Shown: positions 33,405 to 44,471 of the stretch, one piece after another | Numbering within the stretch: position 1 is the first letter of the stretch | How the letters are laid out: the number at the start of each line of letters is the position of its first letter | Assembly: GCA_046290465.1 (NCBI GenBank) | Contig: JBKAGP010000001.1 | Span: 5,344,001-5,408,000, forward strand | Direction of reading: 5' to 3' | Source of the DNA: Planctomycetota bacterium | GTDB lineage: Bacteria > Planctomycetota > UBA1135 > UBA2386 | DNA length: 64,000 nt | Made by a program: the position numbers and the translations under genes | The notes under the pieces: model-generated | Seen by the model: only the letters and a program-made list of their open reading frames with translations | The model's database searches: none | What the model was told of the DNA's origin: nothing

Positions 33405-36349
33405 GGCAGGCACAGCACTTCGTCGAGGTTGAGCACGAGCGACGCGACGACCGTCATCGCGGCGAGGTCGTCACGGTCGAGGTCGGCGGCGGGCTGGGCG
33501 GTGCCGACGCCGAGGAAGGCATCGCGGTCGAGGCTGCCGTCGACGAAGCGCGCGCGGGTCGCGGCGAAGCGGCGCGTCAGCACGCGCAGTTCGTCCGCCT
33601 CCGCCGGCCGCGCGGTCGCCGCTCGGAACAGCCAGCCGATGCGCTGCTCGGCGCGGTCGCCGTGCTCGAGGGCGCGCGTCGCGAAGCCGCGCGCCGCCTC
33701 GACGAAGCCGGTCTCGTTGAGCGTGGTCAGCGCGTGCAGCGGCGTGTTGGTGATCGCGCGACGCACGACGCACTGCTGCCGCGCCGGCGTGTCGAACAGC
33801 ATCGTCGGGCCGACGATGCGCCGCCAGAACGTGTAGAGGCTGCGCCGCCGCAGTTCGTCGCCGCTGCCCTGCGTGTAGCGGATGAAGCCGAAGGTCGCCT
33901 CGGCCCAGATCCCGGCCGGCTGGTAGGGGCGCACCGGCGGTCCACCGAGCTGCGGCACCAGCTGGCCGCTCAGCGCGAGCGCCTGGTCCCGCAGCATCCA
34001 TGCCGGCATGCGCCGCCGCGGGAAGCGCGCCAGCGTGCGGTTGCCGGGGTCGGCCGCAAAGCGCTCGGCGGATGTCGCCGCGGATTGTCGGTAGGTCGCG
34101 CTCGTCACGATCAGGCGGTGCATCGCCTTGACGTCCCAGCCGCCGGCGACGAAGCGCTGGCCGAGCCATTCCAGCAGCTCCGGATGCGTCGGCCGTTCGC
34201 CCTGGCGGCCGAAGTTCTCGCTGGTCGTGACCAGCCCGCGGCCGAAGAACGTCTGCCAGGCGCGGTTCGCCGCGACGCGCGCGACCAGCGGGTTGTCACC
34301 GGAGACCAGCCAACGTGCCAGGGCCAGGCGGTCCGGTTCTTCCTTGCTGCCGAGCAGCGGCGGCAGGAACGACGGCGTGCCGGCCTGCACCACTTCGCCC
34401 GGCGTCTGGTAGTCGCCGCGCGCCAGCACGCGCGTGTCGCGCCGCTTGCCCTCGGGCAGCTGGTCCATCACCGAGACGGTGACGCTGCCGCGCAGGAGCG
34501 CGTCGTAGCGCTGCTGCAGCTGCTGCCGTTCGGCCTCGCGCTCGCGGAAGCCCGGCTGGTGGATGCGGCGGTAGTGGCGCTGCAGCGCCAGGGCCTGCTG
34601 CGCATCGCGGTCGGCACGCGGCACCTGCAGGGCGCGCACGACGTCGGCGGCAAGGTCGCCGACCATCTCCTCTGCGACGCGGAAGTAGGCGCCGCCGATG
34701 CCGCCGGTGTTGACGATCTTGAGCAGCAGCCGGTTCTCTCCGGCCTGGAGCTGCACCTCGACGCGCTCCTGGTCGGCCTTGGCGCCGCGGCGCACGTCCT
34801 TGGCCAGCACCAGCTCGCCGTTGCACCACAGCTTGATCGCGTCGTCCGAGCCGAGCGACAGGACCATGCGGCGTGCCGACGCTGCGGTGATCTGCCGCGT
34901 GAAGTAGGTCGTGAACGCGCCGGCCGGAAGGCGCAGGACCTTGCCGTCGACGAAGTCCGGTTCGGGCCGCCAGCCGGCGTCGGCGTCGCCGCGTTCCGGC
35001 GCGAACACCTTGGCGAACATCGCGTCGGTCTCGGCTTGGAACGGCTTGCTGCGGCGCCACGGCGACAGCTTCGCCGCCTGCAGCGAAGCTGCCTGCGCGC
35101 GCACGCGGGCCGAGGCTGCCCGGGCCCAGACCGCTTCGGCGCGATCGAGCGCCTCGTCGGGTCGCTGCAGTTCGGCGGTGAGCTGCGCAATCTGCGCCTC
35201 TACCTCAGCGGCCTCGGCGCGCTGGCCTGCGTCGGGCACGAACCGCATCGACGGCGCGAGCACGCCGCCGCTGCGTCCGCGCCCGGTCTCGGAGCTCTGG
35301 TCGAAGAACGAGTAGAAGCGGTAGTAGTCGCGCTGCGAGATCGGGTCGTACTTGTGGTCGTGGCAGCGCGCGCACTCGAACGTCATGCCGAGCCAGACCG
35401 TGCCGACCGTCTCGGTGCGGTCGAACACGTTCTCGACCCGGGTCTCCTCGGGGATCCGGCCGCCTTCGCCGTTGTGCGGGTTGTTGCGCAGCAAGCCGGT
35501 GGCAAGCCGCTGCTCGTCGGTCGGTGCGTCGAGCAGATCGCCGGCCAGCACCTCGGTCGTGAACCGGTCGAACGGCAGGTTGTCGTTCAGCGCGCGCACC
35601 AGCCAGTCGCGCCACGGCCACGCCGTGCGCGTCGGGTCGTTCTGGAAGCCGTCGGTATCGGCATAGCGCGCCGCCTCGAGCCACGGCCACGCCATGCGTT
35701 CGCCGTAGTGCGGCGACGCCAACAGCGCGTCGACCACCTCGAGGTAGCGCGCCTCGCTCGGATCGGCGACGAACGCGTCGACCTGTTCGGGCGTCGGCGG
35801 CAGCCCGGTCAGGTCGAGGTGCAGGCGGCGCAGCAGCGCGGCAGGTTCGGCGGCGGCGTTGGGTCGCGTACCGTTCGTCTCGAGCCGTGCGAGCACGAAG
35901 TGGTCGATGCCGTTGCGCGGCCACGACCGGTCGCGCACCTGCGGCACCGCCGTCGCCTCGCTCGGGGCGAACGCCCAGTGCACCGACCACTTCGCGCCCT
36001 GCTCGATCCAGCGGCGCAGCAGCGCGACCTCGTCGGCCGTCACCTTCAGGTTGGTGTGCCGCGGCGGCATCACGTCGTCGTCGGCGGCCGTCAGCCGCGC
36101 GATCAGCTCGCTCTCGTCCGGCTTGCCCGCCGTGACGACCGCGTAGCCGTCGCGCGCGCGCAGCACGTCGAGGCGGTCGTCGAGCCGCAGGTCACCCTTG
36201 CGCGCGTTCGCGTCCGGTCCGTGGCACTGGAAGCACCGGTCCGACAGGATCGGCAGCACGTCGCGGGCGAAATCGACGTCCTGGCCGGGCACGGCCGTCG
36301 CGCCGAGTGCGGCGGCGAGCGTGGCGAGCAACCGGCGGCGGATCGGCAT
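33401..36349 (-). CDS. PSD1/planctomycete cytochrome c domain protein (DUF1549/DUF1553)
   Basis: VDFARDVLPILSDRCFQCHG, HWAF, ARYADTDG, CARCHDHKYDP, PTHPELL, TNTPLHAL; PA14-like insert GSDDAIKLW. Confidence 0.93.
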   Translation of the reverse strand: MPIRRRLLATLAAALGATAVPGQDVDFARDVLPILSDRCFQCHGPDANARKGDLRLDDRLDVLRARDGYAVVTAGKPDESELIARLTAADDDVMPPRHTNLKVTADEVALLRRWIEQGAKWSVHWAFAPSEATAVPQVRDRSWPRNGIDHFVLARLETNGTRPNAAAEPAALLRRLHLDLTGLPPTPEQVDAFVADPSEARYLEVVDALLASPHYGERMAWPWLEAARYADTDGFQNDPTRTAWPWRDWLVRALNDNLPFDRFTTEVLAGDLLDAPTDEQRLATGLLRNNPHNGEGGRIPEETRVENVFDRTETVGTVWLGMTFECARCHDHKYDPISQRDYYRFYSFFDQSSETGRGRSGGVLAPSMRFVPDAGQRAEAAEVEAQIAQLTAELQRPDEALDRAEAVWARAASARVRAQAASLQAAKLSPWRRSKPFQAETDAMFAKVFAPERGDADAGWRPEPDFVDGKVLRLPAGAFTTYFTRQITAASARRMVLSLGSDDAIKLWCNGELVLAKDVRRGAKADQERVEVQLQAGENRLLLKIVNTGGIGGAYFRVAEEMVGDLAADVVRALQVPRADRDAQQALALQRHYRRIHQPGFREREAERQQLQQRYDALLRGSVTVSVMDQLPEGKRRDTRVLARGDYQTPGEVVQAGTPSFLPPLLGSKEEPDRLALARWLVSGDNPLVARVAANRAWQTFFGRGLVTTSENFGRQGERPTHPELLEWLGQRFVAGGWDVKAMHRLIVTSATYRQSAATSAERFAADPGNRTLARFPRRRMPAWMLRDQALALSGQLVPQLGGPPVRPYQPAGIWAEATFGFIRYTQGSGDELRRRSLYTFWRRIVGPTMLFDTPARQQCVVRRAITNTPLHALTTLNETGFVEAARGFATRALEHGDRAEQRIGWLFRAATARPAEADELRVLTRRFAATRARFVDGSLDRDAFLGVGTAQPAADLDRDDLAAMTVVASLVLNLDEVLCLP

Positions 36350-36453
36350 GCGCGCACCATAGCGCGGCGGGTCGTCGGCGGCGCGCCGTTGCGGTCGGTT
36401 TCGACTGGGCCGTGCGGGCCGCCGAGTTCGCTGCCGCTGGTGTTGGCGGCGCG

Positions 36454-36987
36454 CTACTTCTTCGTCTCGACGTCGAACCGTTCGGCGAGCGCCACGATCT
36501 GCCGGTACTTCTCGTCCGAGGCCTGGATCAGCAGCGAGTTGCTGCCTTCGTGGCTGGTGACGACGACGCGCTCGGCGCCGCTCGCAGCGGCGTCCTGGGC
36601 GAGGAACTGGTTGAGCGTCGTCGCCATGTCCTTCGCCCGAACGTGCTTCAGGTAGACGACCGAGAAGGCGGGCTGGCGCGGGCCGTCGTTGGCGACGTCG
36701 AGGCGCGCGATCAGCTCGAGCATCTTGTCGATACCGGACGCGGAGCCGTTGAGGACAATCGAGTTGCTGCTGGCGTCGGGGACCACGCGCAGGCGCGGGC
36801 CGCCGCTGGCGTCGTCGCCGGACTCGACCGCCGCGAACGCCTGCAGCGTCGTCGCGAGTTCGGCGGCCTGCACGTGTTCGAGGCGCACGACCTGGATCAG
36901 GTCGGCATCGCGGGCGGCAGGCGGGGCGGTGTTGCAGGCCGACAGGAGCAACGCCGAGAACATCAGACCGGACAGGTAGCTGCGCAT
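36454..36987 (-). CDS. lipoprotein made of two secretin N-terminal (NolW/GspD N-domain-like) repeats, no secretin barrel
   Basis: Lipobox LSAC; VVRLEHVQAAELATTL..DASSNSIVL..LIARLDV and VVYLKHVRAKDMATTL..GSNSLLI..LAERFDV. Confidence 0.78.
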   Translation of the reverse strand: MRSYLSGLMFSALLLSACNTAPPAARDADLIQVVRLEHVQAAELATTLQAFAAVESGDDASGGPRLRVVPDASSNSIVLNGSASGIDKMLELIARLDVANDGPRQPAFSVVYLKHVRAKDMATTLNQFLAQDAAASGAERVVVTSHEGSNSLLIQASDEKYRQIVALAERFDVETKK

Positions 36988-37031
36988 TGGGGGCACGGGC
37001 GGGGTGGGATGGGGGATGGCCCCTGGGACGG

Positions 37032-38210
37032 TCAACGCCGGTTCAGCTTCCATTCGACCTGCACTTCTTCGCCCTCGACGACGTCGACGAACTCGCTCGG
37101 CTCGTTGTAGCCGTTGGCCGCGCGCAGGTAGATGCGGTTGCGGCCGGCGGGCGCGCGGATCCGGAACGTGCCGTCCGCCTGCACCGGCGTGCACTGGCAC
37201 GAGCCGCCGTCGCCGCGGGCCGGCCCGTACATCGCGACGTCGGTCTGCGGACCCGGCGTGATCGGCTTGCCGGTGGTGGCGTCGGTGATGCGGCCGACGA
37301 TGAAGCCGCCGCGCACCAGCTGCACGACGCCGCAGTCGCTGGTCTCGCCGGGCCGCACGTCGATGCCGAGCGCGGCGACGACGGTCCGTTCGGGCACCTC
37401 CGCCCACACCTTGTACTCGCCGCGTTCGAGGCTGGTCAGCGTGAACCGCCCCTGGTCGTCGGTGCGCGTGTGGCCGCGGCCGGCGCCGCGGCTGGTGGTC
37501 TCGACCTGCACGCGCGCCGCCGGGGTTCCGTCGGGGTTCAGCACGCGGCCCGTGATGCGGCCGCCGGGCTGCAGCGCGAAGCGGTGGTGGTCGACGGCGT
37601 CGCCGAGGTCGACCCAGGTGCGGGCGTGGTCGCGGCCGCCGGCCAGCGCCTTGACCGGGATGCCCTCGGGCATGCCGCGCAGCACGAAGCGGCCGCGTTC
37701 GTCGGTCTCGGCGCGCCACGGCAGCAGCGGCTCGGTCACCCAGACCTGCGGTCGCTGCTCGAAGATCGTCGGCCAGATCCAGCCGTGCTGCACCGGCTTG
37801 CCGGTCCTGGCGTCGGTCAGCACGCCGCGCACGTCGACCTTGCGCTTCATCGCGATGTGCAGGTTGCCCGGGTCCATCCGCACGCCGCGCACCGCGGTCA
37901 ACCCGACGCGGGTCCGCGAACGGGCGACGACGACCACCTTGCTGCTGCCCCAGCCGTTGGGGGCGAACCACGGCAGGTCGGCGAACTCGAACGTGCCGTC
38001 GCGTTCGGTGAAGCCCTCGGCCATCATCTTCATCGACACGCGCCTTCCGTCGTCGTGCCAGACCGTGACCCGCACGCGCTCGCCGCGGTGGGCGCCGACC
38101 GCGCCGCCGAGGTCGCACGTCGGCCGTTTCTCCTGCGCCGTCATGGTGGCCGCTGTGGCGGCCAGCAGCGCGAGTGCACGCCACAAGAACGCGATCGATT
38201 CCTTGCCCAT
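37032..38210 (-). CDS. secreted carboxypeptidase-regulatory-like domain protein
   Basis: Signal peptide TA|Q; GVLTDARTGKPV, GRVLNPDGTPA, GRITDATTGKPI repeats. Confidence 0.8.
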   Translation of the reverse strand: MGKESIAFLWRALALLAATAATMTAQEKRPTCDLGGAVGAHRGERVRVTVWHDDGRRVSMKMMAEGFTERDGTFEFADLPWFAPNGWGSSKVVVVARSRTRVGLTAVRGVRMDPGNLHIAMKRKVDVRGVLTDARTGKPVQHGWIWPTIFEQRPQVWVTEPLLPWRAETDERGRFVLRGMPEGIPVKALAGGRDHARTWVDLGDAVDHHRFALQPGGRITGRVLNPDGTPAARVQVETTSRGAGRGHTRTDDQGRFTLTSLERGEYKVWAEVPERTVVAALGIDVRPGETSDCGVVQLVRGGFIVGRITDATTGKPITPGPQTDVAMYGPARGDGGSCQCTPVQADGTFRIRAPAGRNRIYLRAANGYNEPSEFVDVVEGEEVQVEWKLNRR

Positions 38211-38263
38211 GGCGCGCAGTGTAGTCGAATCGTGACGCCCCCGTTTGCCCACTCGCACCTGAC

Positions 38264-40105
38264 GTGACCTTGGAAGACCGCAACCGCCTGCTGCACGAAA
38301 CGCTCGAACGCTGGTTCGGGTTCTCCTCCCTGCGCCCGCTGCAGAAGGAGGCGATCGACGCGGCGCTCGACGGCCGCGACGCACTGGTGGTGCTGCCGAC
38401 GGGCGGCGGCAAGTCGCTGTGCTACCAGCTGCCGCCGCTGGTGCTGGACCGGCTGACGGTGGTGGTGTCGCCGCTGATCGCGCTGATGCAGGACCAGGTC
38501 GACGGCCTGCGGCTCAACGGCGTGCCGGCCGCCGCCGCGCACAGCAACCTCGACGCCGAGGGCCGCCGCGAGCTGCGCGAACTGTCCGAGTCCGGCGAGC
38601 TGCGGCTGCTGTTCGTCGCGCCGGAGCGGCTGTTCCGCGAGGACTTCCTCGAGTGGCTCGGCGGCCGCGACATCGCCGCGATCGCGATCGACGAAGCGCA
38701 CTGCATCAGCCAGTGGGGGCACGACTTCCGCCCCGAGTACCGCCGCCTCGCCGAGCTGCGCGAACGGTTCGAGGGCGTGCCGGTGCACGCCTGTACGGCG
38801 ACCGCGACGCCGCGCGTTCGCGAGGACATCCAGCGGCAGCTGGCGCTGCGCGACCCGGTCGAGCTGGTCGGCACGTTCGATCGTCCGGAGCTGACCTACC
38901 GCGTGCTGCCGCGCCAGGGGCTGATCGACCAGGTGGTCGAGGCGATTGGCCGCCACCGCGACGCGGCGACGATCGTCTACTGCATCTCGCGCAAGGACAC
39001 CGAGACGCTCAGCACGCAGCTGCGTTCGCGCGGCATCGAGGCCCAGGCCTACCACGCCGGGTTGTCGGCCGATGCGCGCACGCGGCTGAGTTCGGACTTC
39101 CGCGCCGAGAAGCTGCACGTGGTCTGCGCGACCGTCGCGTTCGGCATGGGCATCGACCGCAGCGACGTGCGGCTGGTCGTGCACGCCGCGATGCCCAAGA
39201 GCATCGAGCACTACCAGCAGGAGACCGGCCGCGCCGGCCGCGACGGGCTGCCGTCGGAGTGCCTGCTGCTCTACTCGGGCGCCGACGCGGCCAAGTGGCG
39301 CATGATCGTCGAGCGCGGCGGCGCCGAGCACGGCGACCAGGAGTCGATGCAGGCGCAGCTGCAGCTACTCAATCAGATGCAGCGGTTCGCCGGGCGCGCG
39401 CGCTGCCGCCACCGCACGCTCAGCGAGTACTTCGGCCAGGACTACGGCGAGTCTAGCTGCGGCGCCTGTGACGTCTGCCTCGACGAACTCGACCTGGTGC
39501 CGGACAGCATGGTGACCGCGCAGAAGATCCTGTCGGCGGTGGCGCGCACCGGCCAGCGCTACGGCGCCAGCTACATCATCGACGTGCTGCGCGGCAGCAA
39601 GAACGAACGGGTGCGCACGCGCGGCCACGACCAGATCCCGACGTTCGGCCTGCTCAAGGACCTGCCGCCGATGCGGCTCGGCAACTACATCGACCAGCTG
39701 ATCGACGACGGTTCGCTGGTGCGCACCGAAGGCGAGTATCCGGTGCTGGTGCTCAACGAGCTGTCGGCCGAGGTGCTGCGCGGCAACCGCGAGGTCGAAC
39801 TGCGCTCCCCCAAGGGCGGCCTCGACCAGCCGGCGCGACGTCGCCGCCGCGGCGGCAGCGCCGACGAGGGCCGCGCGCTGACCGCTCCGGAGCAGGAGCT
39901 GTTCGACAAGCTGCGCGGCCTGCGTCGCGAGATCGCCAGCAGCCTCGGGGTGCCGCCGTACGTGGTGTTCTCCGACGTCACGCTCGAGGAGTTCGCGCGC
40001 GAACGGCCACAGTCGCGCGCGGCGATGCTCGACTGCAAGGGCGTCGGCCCGAAGAAGTTCGACTCGTTCGGAGAACGCTTCCTGGAGGCGCTCGCCGAAG
40101 CCTGA
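38264..40105 (+). CDS. recQ: ATP-dependent DNA helicase RecQ
   Basis: PTGGGKSLCYQ, DEAHCISQWGHDFRPEY, ATVAFGMGID, QETGRAGRDG, RQC zinc cysteines, HRDC domain. Confidence 0.97.
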   Translation: MTLEDRNRLLHETLERWFGFSSLRPLQKEAIDAALDGRDALVVLPTGGGKSLCYQLPPLVLDRLTVVVSPLIALMQDQVDGLRLNGVPAAAAHSNLDAEGRRELRELSESGELRLLFVAPERLFREDFLEWLGGRDIAAIAIDEAHCISQWGHDFRPEYRRLAELRERFEGVPVHACTATATPRVREDIQRQLALRDPVELVGTFDRPELTYRVLPRQGLIDQVVEAIGRHRDAATIVYCISRKDTETLSTQLRSRGIEAQAYHAGLSADARTRLSSDFRAEKLHVVCATVAFGMGIDRSDVRLVVHAAMPKSIEHYQQETGRAGRDGLPSECLLLYSGADAAKWRMIVERGGAEHGDQESMQAQLQLLNQMQRFAGRARCRHRTLSEYFGQDYGESSCGACDVCLDELDLVPDSMVTAQKILSAVARTGQRYGASYIIDVLRGSKNERVRTRGHDQIPTFGLLKDLPPMRLGNYIDQLIDDGSLVRTEGEYPVLVLNELSAEVLRGNREVELRSPKGGLDQPARRRRRGGSADEGRALTAPEQELFDKLRGLRREIASSLGVPPYVVFSDVTLEEFARERPQSRAAMLDCKGVGPKKFDSFGERFLEALAEA

Positions 40106-40120
40106 ACGGCTCCGGTCGGG

Positions 40121-41704
40121 TCAGCGCGGCAGTTCGTCCGGGGCGAGCAGGTGCGCCCGGATCTCGCCGTAGCCGCCGGCCTCGTAGAGGCAGATCACGC
40201 CGCCCTGCCGCGTCGGCTGCAGGCACGAGTAGGCCGACGGTCCGGGGTCGAGCAGCGACGAGACCGGCCAGGTCCGGCCGTCGTCGAACGAGAGCCGCAG
40301 CGTCATGCGCTGCCGGCCGGTGCGGCTGGCCGGGTTGCTGAACATCAGCACACCGTCCGCGAGCCGGCGGATGCTCGCCTGGCAGATCGGCTCGACCAGT
40401 TCGGGGACGTGGCGCTGGTCGGTCCACGTCCGCCCGCCGTCGCGGCTGATCGCCTGCTGGCGGGTGCGCTGCGAACGGTCGTAGTTGCGCATGTTGAGCA
40501 GCAGGTGGCCGTCCGACCGTTCGACCACCTCGCATTCGTTGACCTGGTCGTCGGGCGACCTGCCGCCGAGCTGCCAGGTCGCGCCGCGATCGTCGCTGTA
40601 GATCACGTGCGAGTAGTAGCGCTTGCTCTGCTGCTCGATGTGGTCGCACGGGATCACCAGCCGGCCGCGGTGCTCGCCGACGCGCAGTTCGATGCCGGCG
40701 CCGGGACCGGTCGCGTACCAGGTCCAGTCGTCGCGTTTGGTGGTCCGGGTGATCTCACGCGGCGCGCTCCAGGTCGCGCCGTGATCGTCGCTGCGCAGCA
40801 GCCAGACGGTTCGGCTGCCCTTCGAGGTCCCTGCGATGATGCGCGACTCGTGGTCGGTCCCGAGGTTGTGCGTCGCCAGCAGCAGGACCTCCCCGGTCTT
40901 CGACACGACCACCGGGCACGGGTTGCCGCAGGTATTCGCGCCGTCGTCCCAGACGACCTGCTGCTTGGACCAGGAAAGACCGCCGTCGCGGGATCGCTTC
41001 ATGACCAGGTCGATGTCGCCGGTGTCGCTGCGGCTCGCGTGCCGCGCCTCGGCGAACGCGAGCAGGTCGCCGTTGCCGGCGACGACCAGCGCCGGGATGC
41101 GGTAGGTGTCGATGCCGGCTTCGCCGGCGCGCCAGACCGGGTAGCCACGTCCGACCGGCTCCGGGACGGGCGCGCCGCCGGTGACGACGAACCGCCGCAC
41201 CTCCATCGTGTCGCGGTGCGGCCGCAACCGGACCGCGCCGAGGTCGCCGCCGTCCTCGGGCACGACCAGGTCGCGTTCGCCGTTCCAGTCGATCGTCAGC
41301 GCGCGGTCCTTGCGCGTCACCGTGAGCCGGAACGTCGCGCCCGCCTTCGGTGCTGCGACGTCGAGGAAGCGCGTCCTGCCGCCGAACAGCGGCCCTTCGA
41401 GGAACGGCTTGCCGCTGCGGCCGCAGAAGCCGACGTGGCTGTCGCCGATCACCAGCGAGGCCGCGGTGGTGGTCCCATCGCGCAGCTTCAGTTCGACGTC
41501 GATGCGCGCTCGTGCCCCGGCCAGGGTGAAGCCGCTGCCGAGCGGCTCGGCGTGCGGCGCGCCGACCAGCACGTCGCCCTGCCGCTGCCAGCCGCGCGGC
41601 AGCCGGGTCGGCAGCGCCTGCTGCGCAACCACCGCCACGGTGACGCAGAGGGCCAGCGACAGGCGGGCGAGCGGGGCGAGGATCGGCGCGGTTTGGATCA
41701 GCAT
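40121..41704 (-). CDS. secreted exo-alpha-sialidase (GH33) with N-terminal beta-sandwich
   Basis: YRIP motif, five Asp boxes ([40 protein letters not shown]), AYSCL, signal peptide. Confidence 0.9.
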   Translation of the reverse strand: MLIQTAPILAPLARLSLALCVTVAVVAQQALPTRLPRGWQRQGDVLVGAPHAEPLGSGFTLAGARARIDVELKLRDGTTTAASLVIGDSHVGFCGRSGKPFLEGPLFGGRTRFLDVAAPKAGATFRLTVTRKDRALTIDWNGERDLVVPEDGGDLGAVRLRPHRDTMEVRRFVVTGGAPVPEPVGRGYPVWRAGEAGIDTYRIPALVVAGNGDLLAFAEARHASRSDTGDIDLVMKRSRDGGLSWSKQQVVWDDGANTCGNPCPVVVSKTGEVLLLATHNLGTDHESRIIAGTSKGSRTVWLLRSDDHGATWSAPREITRTTKRDDWTWYATGPGAGIELRVGEHRGRLVIPCDHIEQQSKRYYSHVIYSDDRGATWQLGGRSPDDQVNECEVVERSDGHLLLNMRNYDRSQRTRQQAISRDGGRTWTDQRHVPELVEPICQASIRRLADGVLMFSNPASRTGRQRMTLRLSFDDGRTWPVSSLLDPGPSAYSCLQPTRQGGVICLYEAGGYGEIRAHLLAPDELPR

Positions 41705-42408
41705 GTGCCCGCCACGATACGCTGCATCATGCCCGGCACGACCTCGGCGGCGCGCCCGGCGACGAACGTGTCCTCGCGCTCGGCGTTGGCCGGCACCTCG
41801 AGGGCCTGCACCCAGGTCCGGGCGCCGCGGCTGCGCGCCGCGTGCAGCATGCCGGCCGCCGGCCACACCTGGCCGCTGGTGCCGATCGCGACGAACTCCG
41901 TGCAGTCCGCGAGCGCCCGTTCGATGGTGTCGAGGTGGAACGGCACCTCGCCGAACCAGACGATGTCGGGCCGCAGCCGCGGGTGGCCGCACGACGGACA
42001 CGGCAAGAACTCCGGCGCGGTGCGTTCGAGGTCCCGCACCGCGTGGCTGCAGCTCTCGCAGCGCAGCCGCGCCAGTTCGCCGTGCATGTGCAAAGCCTCG
42101 CTGCCGGCGCGTTCGTGCAGGTCGTCGACGTTCTGGGTGACCAGCGTCAAGCGGTCGCCCCGCGCCGCCATCGCGCGCGCGGCGTCGGCGAGCGCGTGGT
42201 GCGCCGGGTTGGGTTCGACCTCGGCCAGCTGCGCACGCCGCGCCTGGTAGAAGCGCCAGACCAGCTGCGGGTCGCGCTGCCAGGCTTCCGGTGTGGCGAC
42301 GTCCTCGGGGCGGTGGCCCTCCCACAGGCCGCCGGCATCGCGAAACGTGCGCACGCCCGAGTCCGCCGAGATGCCGGCGCCGGTCATGACGACGAGGTGT
42401 CGGGTCAT
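41698..42408 (-). CDS. cobB: NAD-dependent protein deacylase (class III sirtuin)
   Basis: [19 protein letters not shown] (YxxR), [14 protein letters not shown], two Cxx[15 protein letters not shown]. Confidence 0.95.
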   Translation of the reverse strand: MTRHLVVMTGAGISADSGVRTFRDAGGLWEGHRPEDVATPEAWQRDPQLVWRFYQARRAQLAEVEPNPAHHALADAARAMAARGDRLTLVTQNVDDLHERAGSEALHMHGELARLRCESCSHAVRDLERTAPEFLPCPSCGHPRLRPDIVWFGEVPFHLDTIERALADCTEFVAIGTSGQVWPAAGMLHAARSRGARTWVQALEVPANAEREDTFVAGRAAEVVPGMMQRIVAGTC

Positions 42409-42464
42409 GGGCGCTGTTGTAGCGGAGCGCGACGCTGGTTGCGCGGGCCCCGCCAGCGTGTCCG

Positions 42465-43838
42465 CTACCGGATGTCGAGGTTCTGCTCGACCTTGCCTCC
42501 GCCCTTGCCGATCTCGAACGTGCGTTCGCTGCGCTTGAGCTGCAGCAGCTTCTCGAACGGATTCTCGGCGCCGTCGCCCTCGACGAAGCCGGTGATCTTG
42601 TAGGTGCCCGCGGGCAGCCGCGTCGGCGCGCGATAGCGGCCCTCGGCGTCGGAGCGCACCCGCCACGTCTTCGGCGTCTTGCCCTTGCCGACCACGGTCG
42701 AGATCTGGATCGCGACACCGGCGAGCGGCTTGCCGCCCTTGCGCACGACGCCGTTCACGACCGCGCCGGGCTCGAGGCGGAACGTCAGCTGCACGTCGCC
42801 GCTGGCGGTCACGTGCACGCCGTCGCGCTGCGAGGCGCAGAACTCGAGGTGCCTGGCGCGCAGCACGTACTCGCCGAGCATCAGCCGGTCGAGGTCGAAC
42901 GAGCCGTCGGCGCGCGTGCGCACGGTCTTTTGCGTGTGCAGGTCGGGCACCAGCCGTTCGAGCAGCTTGGCGAACGGATTGTGCCCGGCCAGGTCCGGAC
43001 CGCGCTGCGGGGCTGCGGTGGCGACCTCGGCGCCGGCGACCGGCTTGCCCTGGTCGTCGAGCACGACGCCGCGGACGCGGCCGCCGCGGCTCATCGTGAC
43101 GACGAGATCGACGTCGTCTCCGCCGACGACGAACGGCGCCGAGATCGTGCGCGCGTGCATGCGGTCGGTGACCACGACCACGTAGCGGCCCGGCCACAGC
43201 CCTTCGATCCGCGTGAAGTCGCCTTCGAAGTCGCGCGGATGGCGCGCGACGTCGCGCAGCGTGTCGACGACGCCGAAGCGCTCCTTCGGTGCGTTGCGTT
43301 GTCCGGCCAGCGCGTCCTGGTTCTTGGTCGCCGTCAGCACCTGCACGCGGAAGTCCTGGACCGGGCCGCCATTCTGGTCGAGCACGCGCAGCCGCATCGA
43401 CAAAGGGCCGGGCTCGCGACGGGCGTTGCCGATGTCGTTCAGCGGGATCTCGACGTCGACCTGCCTGCGGCCGCCCTTCGGGTCCTGCTCCTGCTTCGGT
43501 GCGGGTTTCGGATCCTGCTCGTCGGCGGGCTCCGGCTGCTGCACGGTCTGCGCGGTCCCCGGACCGTCGTGCGGGTCCTGCTGCGTGCTCCAGATCGTGC
43601 CGGTGACGGCGCCGATGCCGAGCAGCACCACGGCAGCGGCGAGCAGCGGGCGCGACGTCGTGTGCGTGGATGCGGGCGTCGACGCGAGCTGGGCGGCCAC
43701 GTCGGCGGCGTCGCCGCGGGCGTAGCGCTCGGCGACGGTGCGGGTCAGGTCCGGCGGGGCCGCGTGGCCGACCCGTTCGCGCAGCAGCGCGTCGATCGGG
43801 GCTTCGCCGGGGCGGAGTTGGTCGTGTGGATCGGTCAT
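42465..43838 (-). CDS. putative anti-sigma factor: short cytoplasmic N-terminus, one TM, carboxypeptidase-regulatory-like domains
   Basis: [45 protein letters not shown]. Starts 6 bp after the ECF stop. Confidence 0.72.
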   Translation of the reverse strand: MTDPHDQLRPGEAPIDALLRERVGHAAPPDLTRTVAERYARGDAADVAAQLASTPASTHTTSRPLLAAAVVLLGIGAVTGTIWSTQQDPHDGPGTAQTVQQPEPADEQDPKPAPKQEQDPKGGRRQVDVEIPLNDIGNARREPGPLSMRLRVLDQNGGPVQDFRVQVLTATKNQDALAGQRNAPKERFGVVDTLRDVARHPRDFEGDFTRIEGLWPGRYVVVVTDRMHARTISAPFVVGGDDVDLVVTMSRGGRVRGVVLDDQGKPVAGAEVATAAPQRGPDLAGHNPFAKLLERLVPDLHTQKTVRTRADGSFDLDRLMLGEYVLRARHLEFCASQRDGVHVTASGDVQLTFRLEPGAVVNGVVRKGGKPLAGVAIQISTVVGKGKTPKTWRVRSDAEGRYRAPTRLPAGTYKITGFVEGDGAENPFEKLLQLKRSERTFEIGKGGGKVEQNLDIR

Positions 43839-43844
43839 CGGATG

Positions 43845-44471
43845 TCAGCGGGTGGTGGTTCGGTCGAGGCCCTGATCGCCAGAACCCGGATCGCCAGAAC
43901 GCAGATCGCCAGAAGCCGGATCGCCAGAAGCCGGATCGCAACCCTGGGCGTCGAGACGGCGCCGCACGCACTGGCGCAGCTTGTCGCGGATGCGGCGCAG
44001 CGCCTGCTTGACGCCGGCTTCGGTCACGCCGAGCGCCGTCGCGGTCACGGCGCGCGGCTCGTCGTGCTCGTAGCGGCGGGCGATCAGGTCGCGGTCGCGG
44101 GCGGCCAGCGTCAGCAGGCAGCGGTTGAGCGCCGTCAGCGCCGCGGCGCCGCCGTCATCGTCGCCACCGAGGTCGACCCAGGCGTGCTCGAGTTCGTCGA
44201 GGTCGTGCCACTGCGGGTGCCGTCGCTCGCTGCGCAGGCGCATCAAGAACAGGTTCTTCGCGGCGCGGCGCAGCCAGCGGCTGGCGTCGGCGTGCGGCAG
44301 TTCGGGGATGCCTTCGTGCAGCGCCGCCAGCAGCGCGTCCTGGCAGTGCTCGTCGGCGTGCTGCGCGTCGCAGCCGAGCGCGCGCAGCCACCGCCAGACG
44401 CCGGCCTGATGCCGTTCGACGAAGGCGTCGAGCGCGGTGCTGTGCGGTGGGGTTGCGATGGCGTGGTTCAT
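43845..44471 (-). CDS. ECF RNA polymerase sigma factor
   Basis: FVERHQAGVWRWL..ADEHCQDALL..RWLRRAAKN; CLLTLAARDRDL..LGVTEAGVKQALRRIR. Confidence 0.88.
   Translation of the reverse strand: MNHAIATPPHSTALDAFVERHQAGVWRWLRALGCDAQHADEHCQDALLAALHEGIPELPHADASRWLRRAAKNLFLMRLRSERRHPQWHDLDELEHAWVDLGGDDDGGAAALTALNRCLLTLAARDRDLIARRYEHDEPRAVTATALGVTEAGVKQALRRIRDKLRQCVRRRLDAQGCDPASGDPASGDLRSGDPGSGDQGLDRTTTR
43874..43940. repeat. 15-bp tandem repeat (about 4.5 copies, GATCGCCAGAASSCR) in the ECF 3' end
   Basis: Units gatcgccagaacccg / gatcgccagaacgca / gatcgccagaagccg x2 / gatcgca; encodes (S/C)-(G)DxxS-like pentapeptides (CDPAS GDPAS GDLRS GDPGS). Confidence 0.9.
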
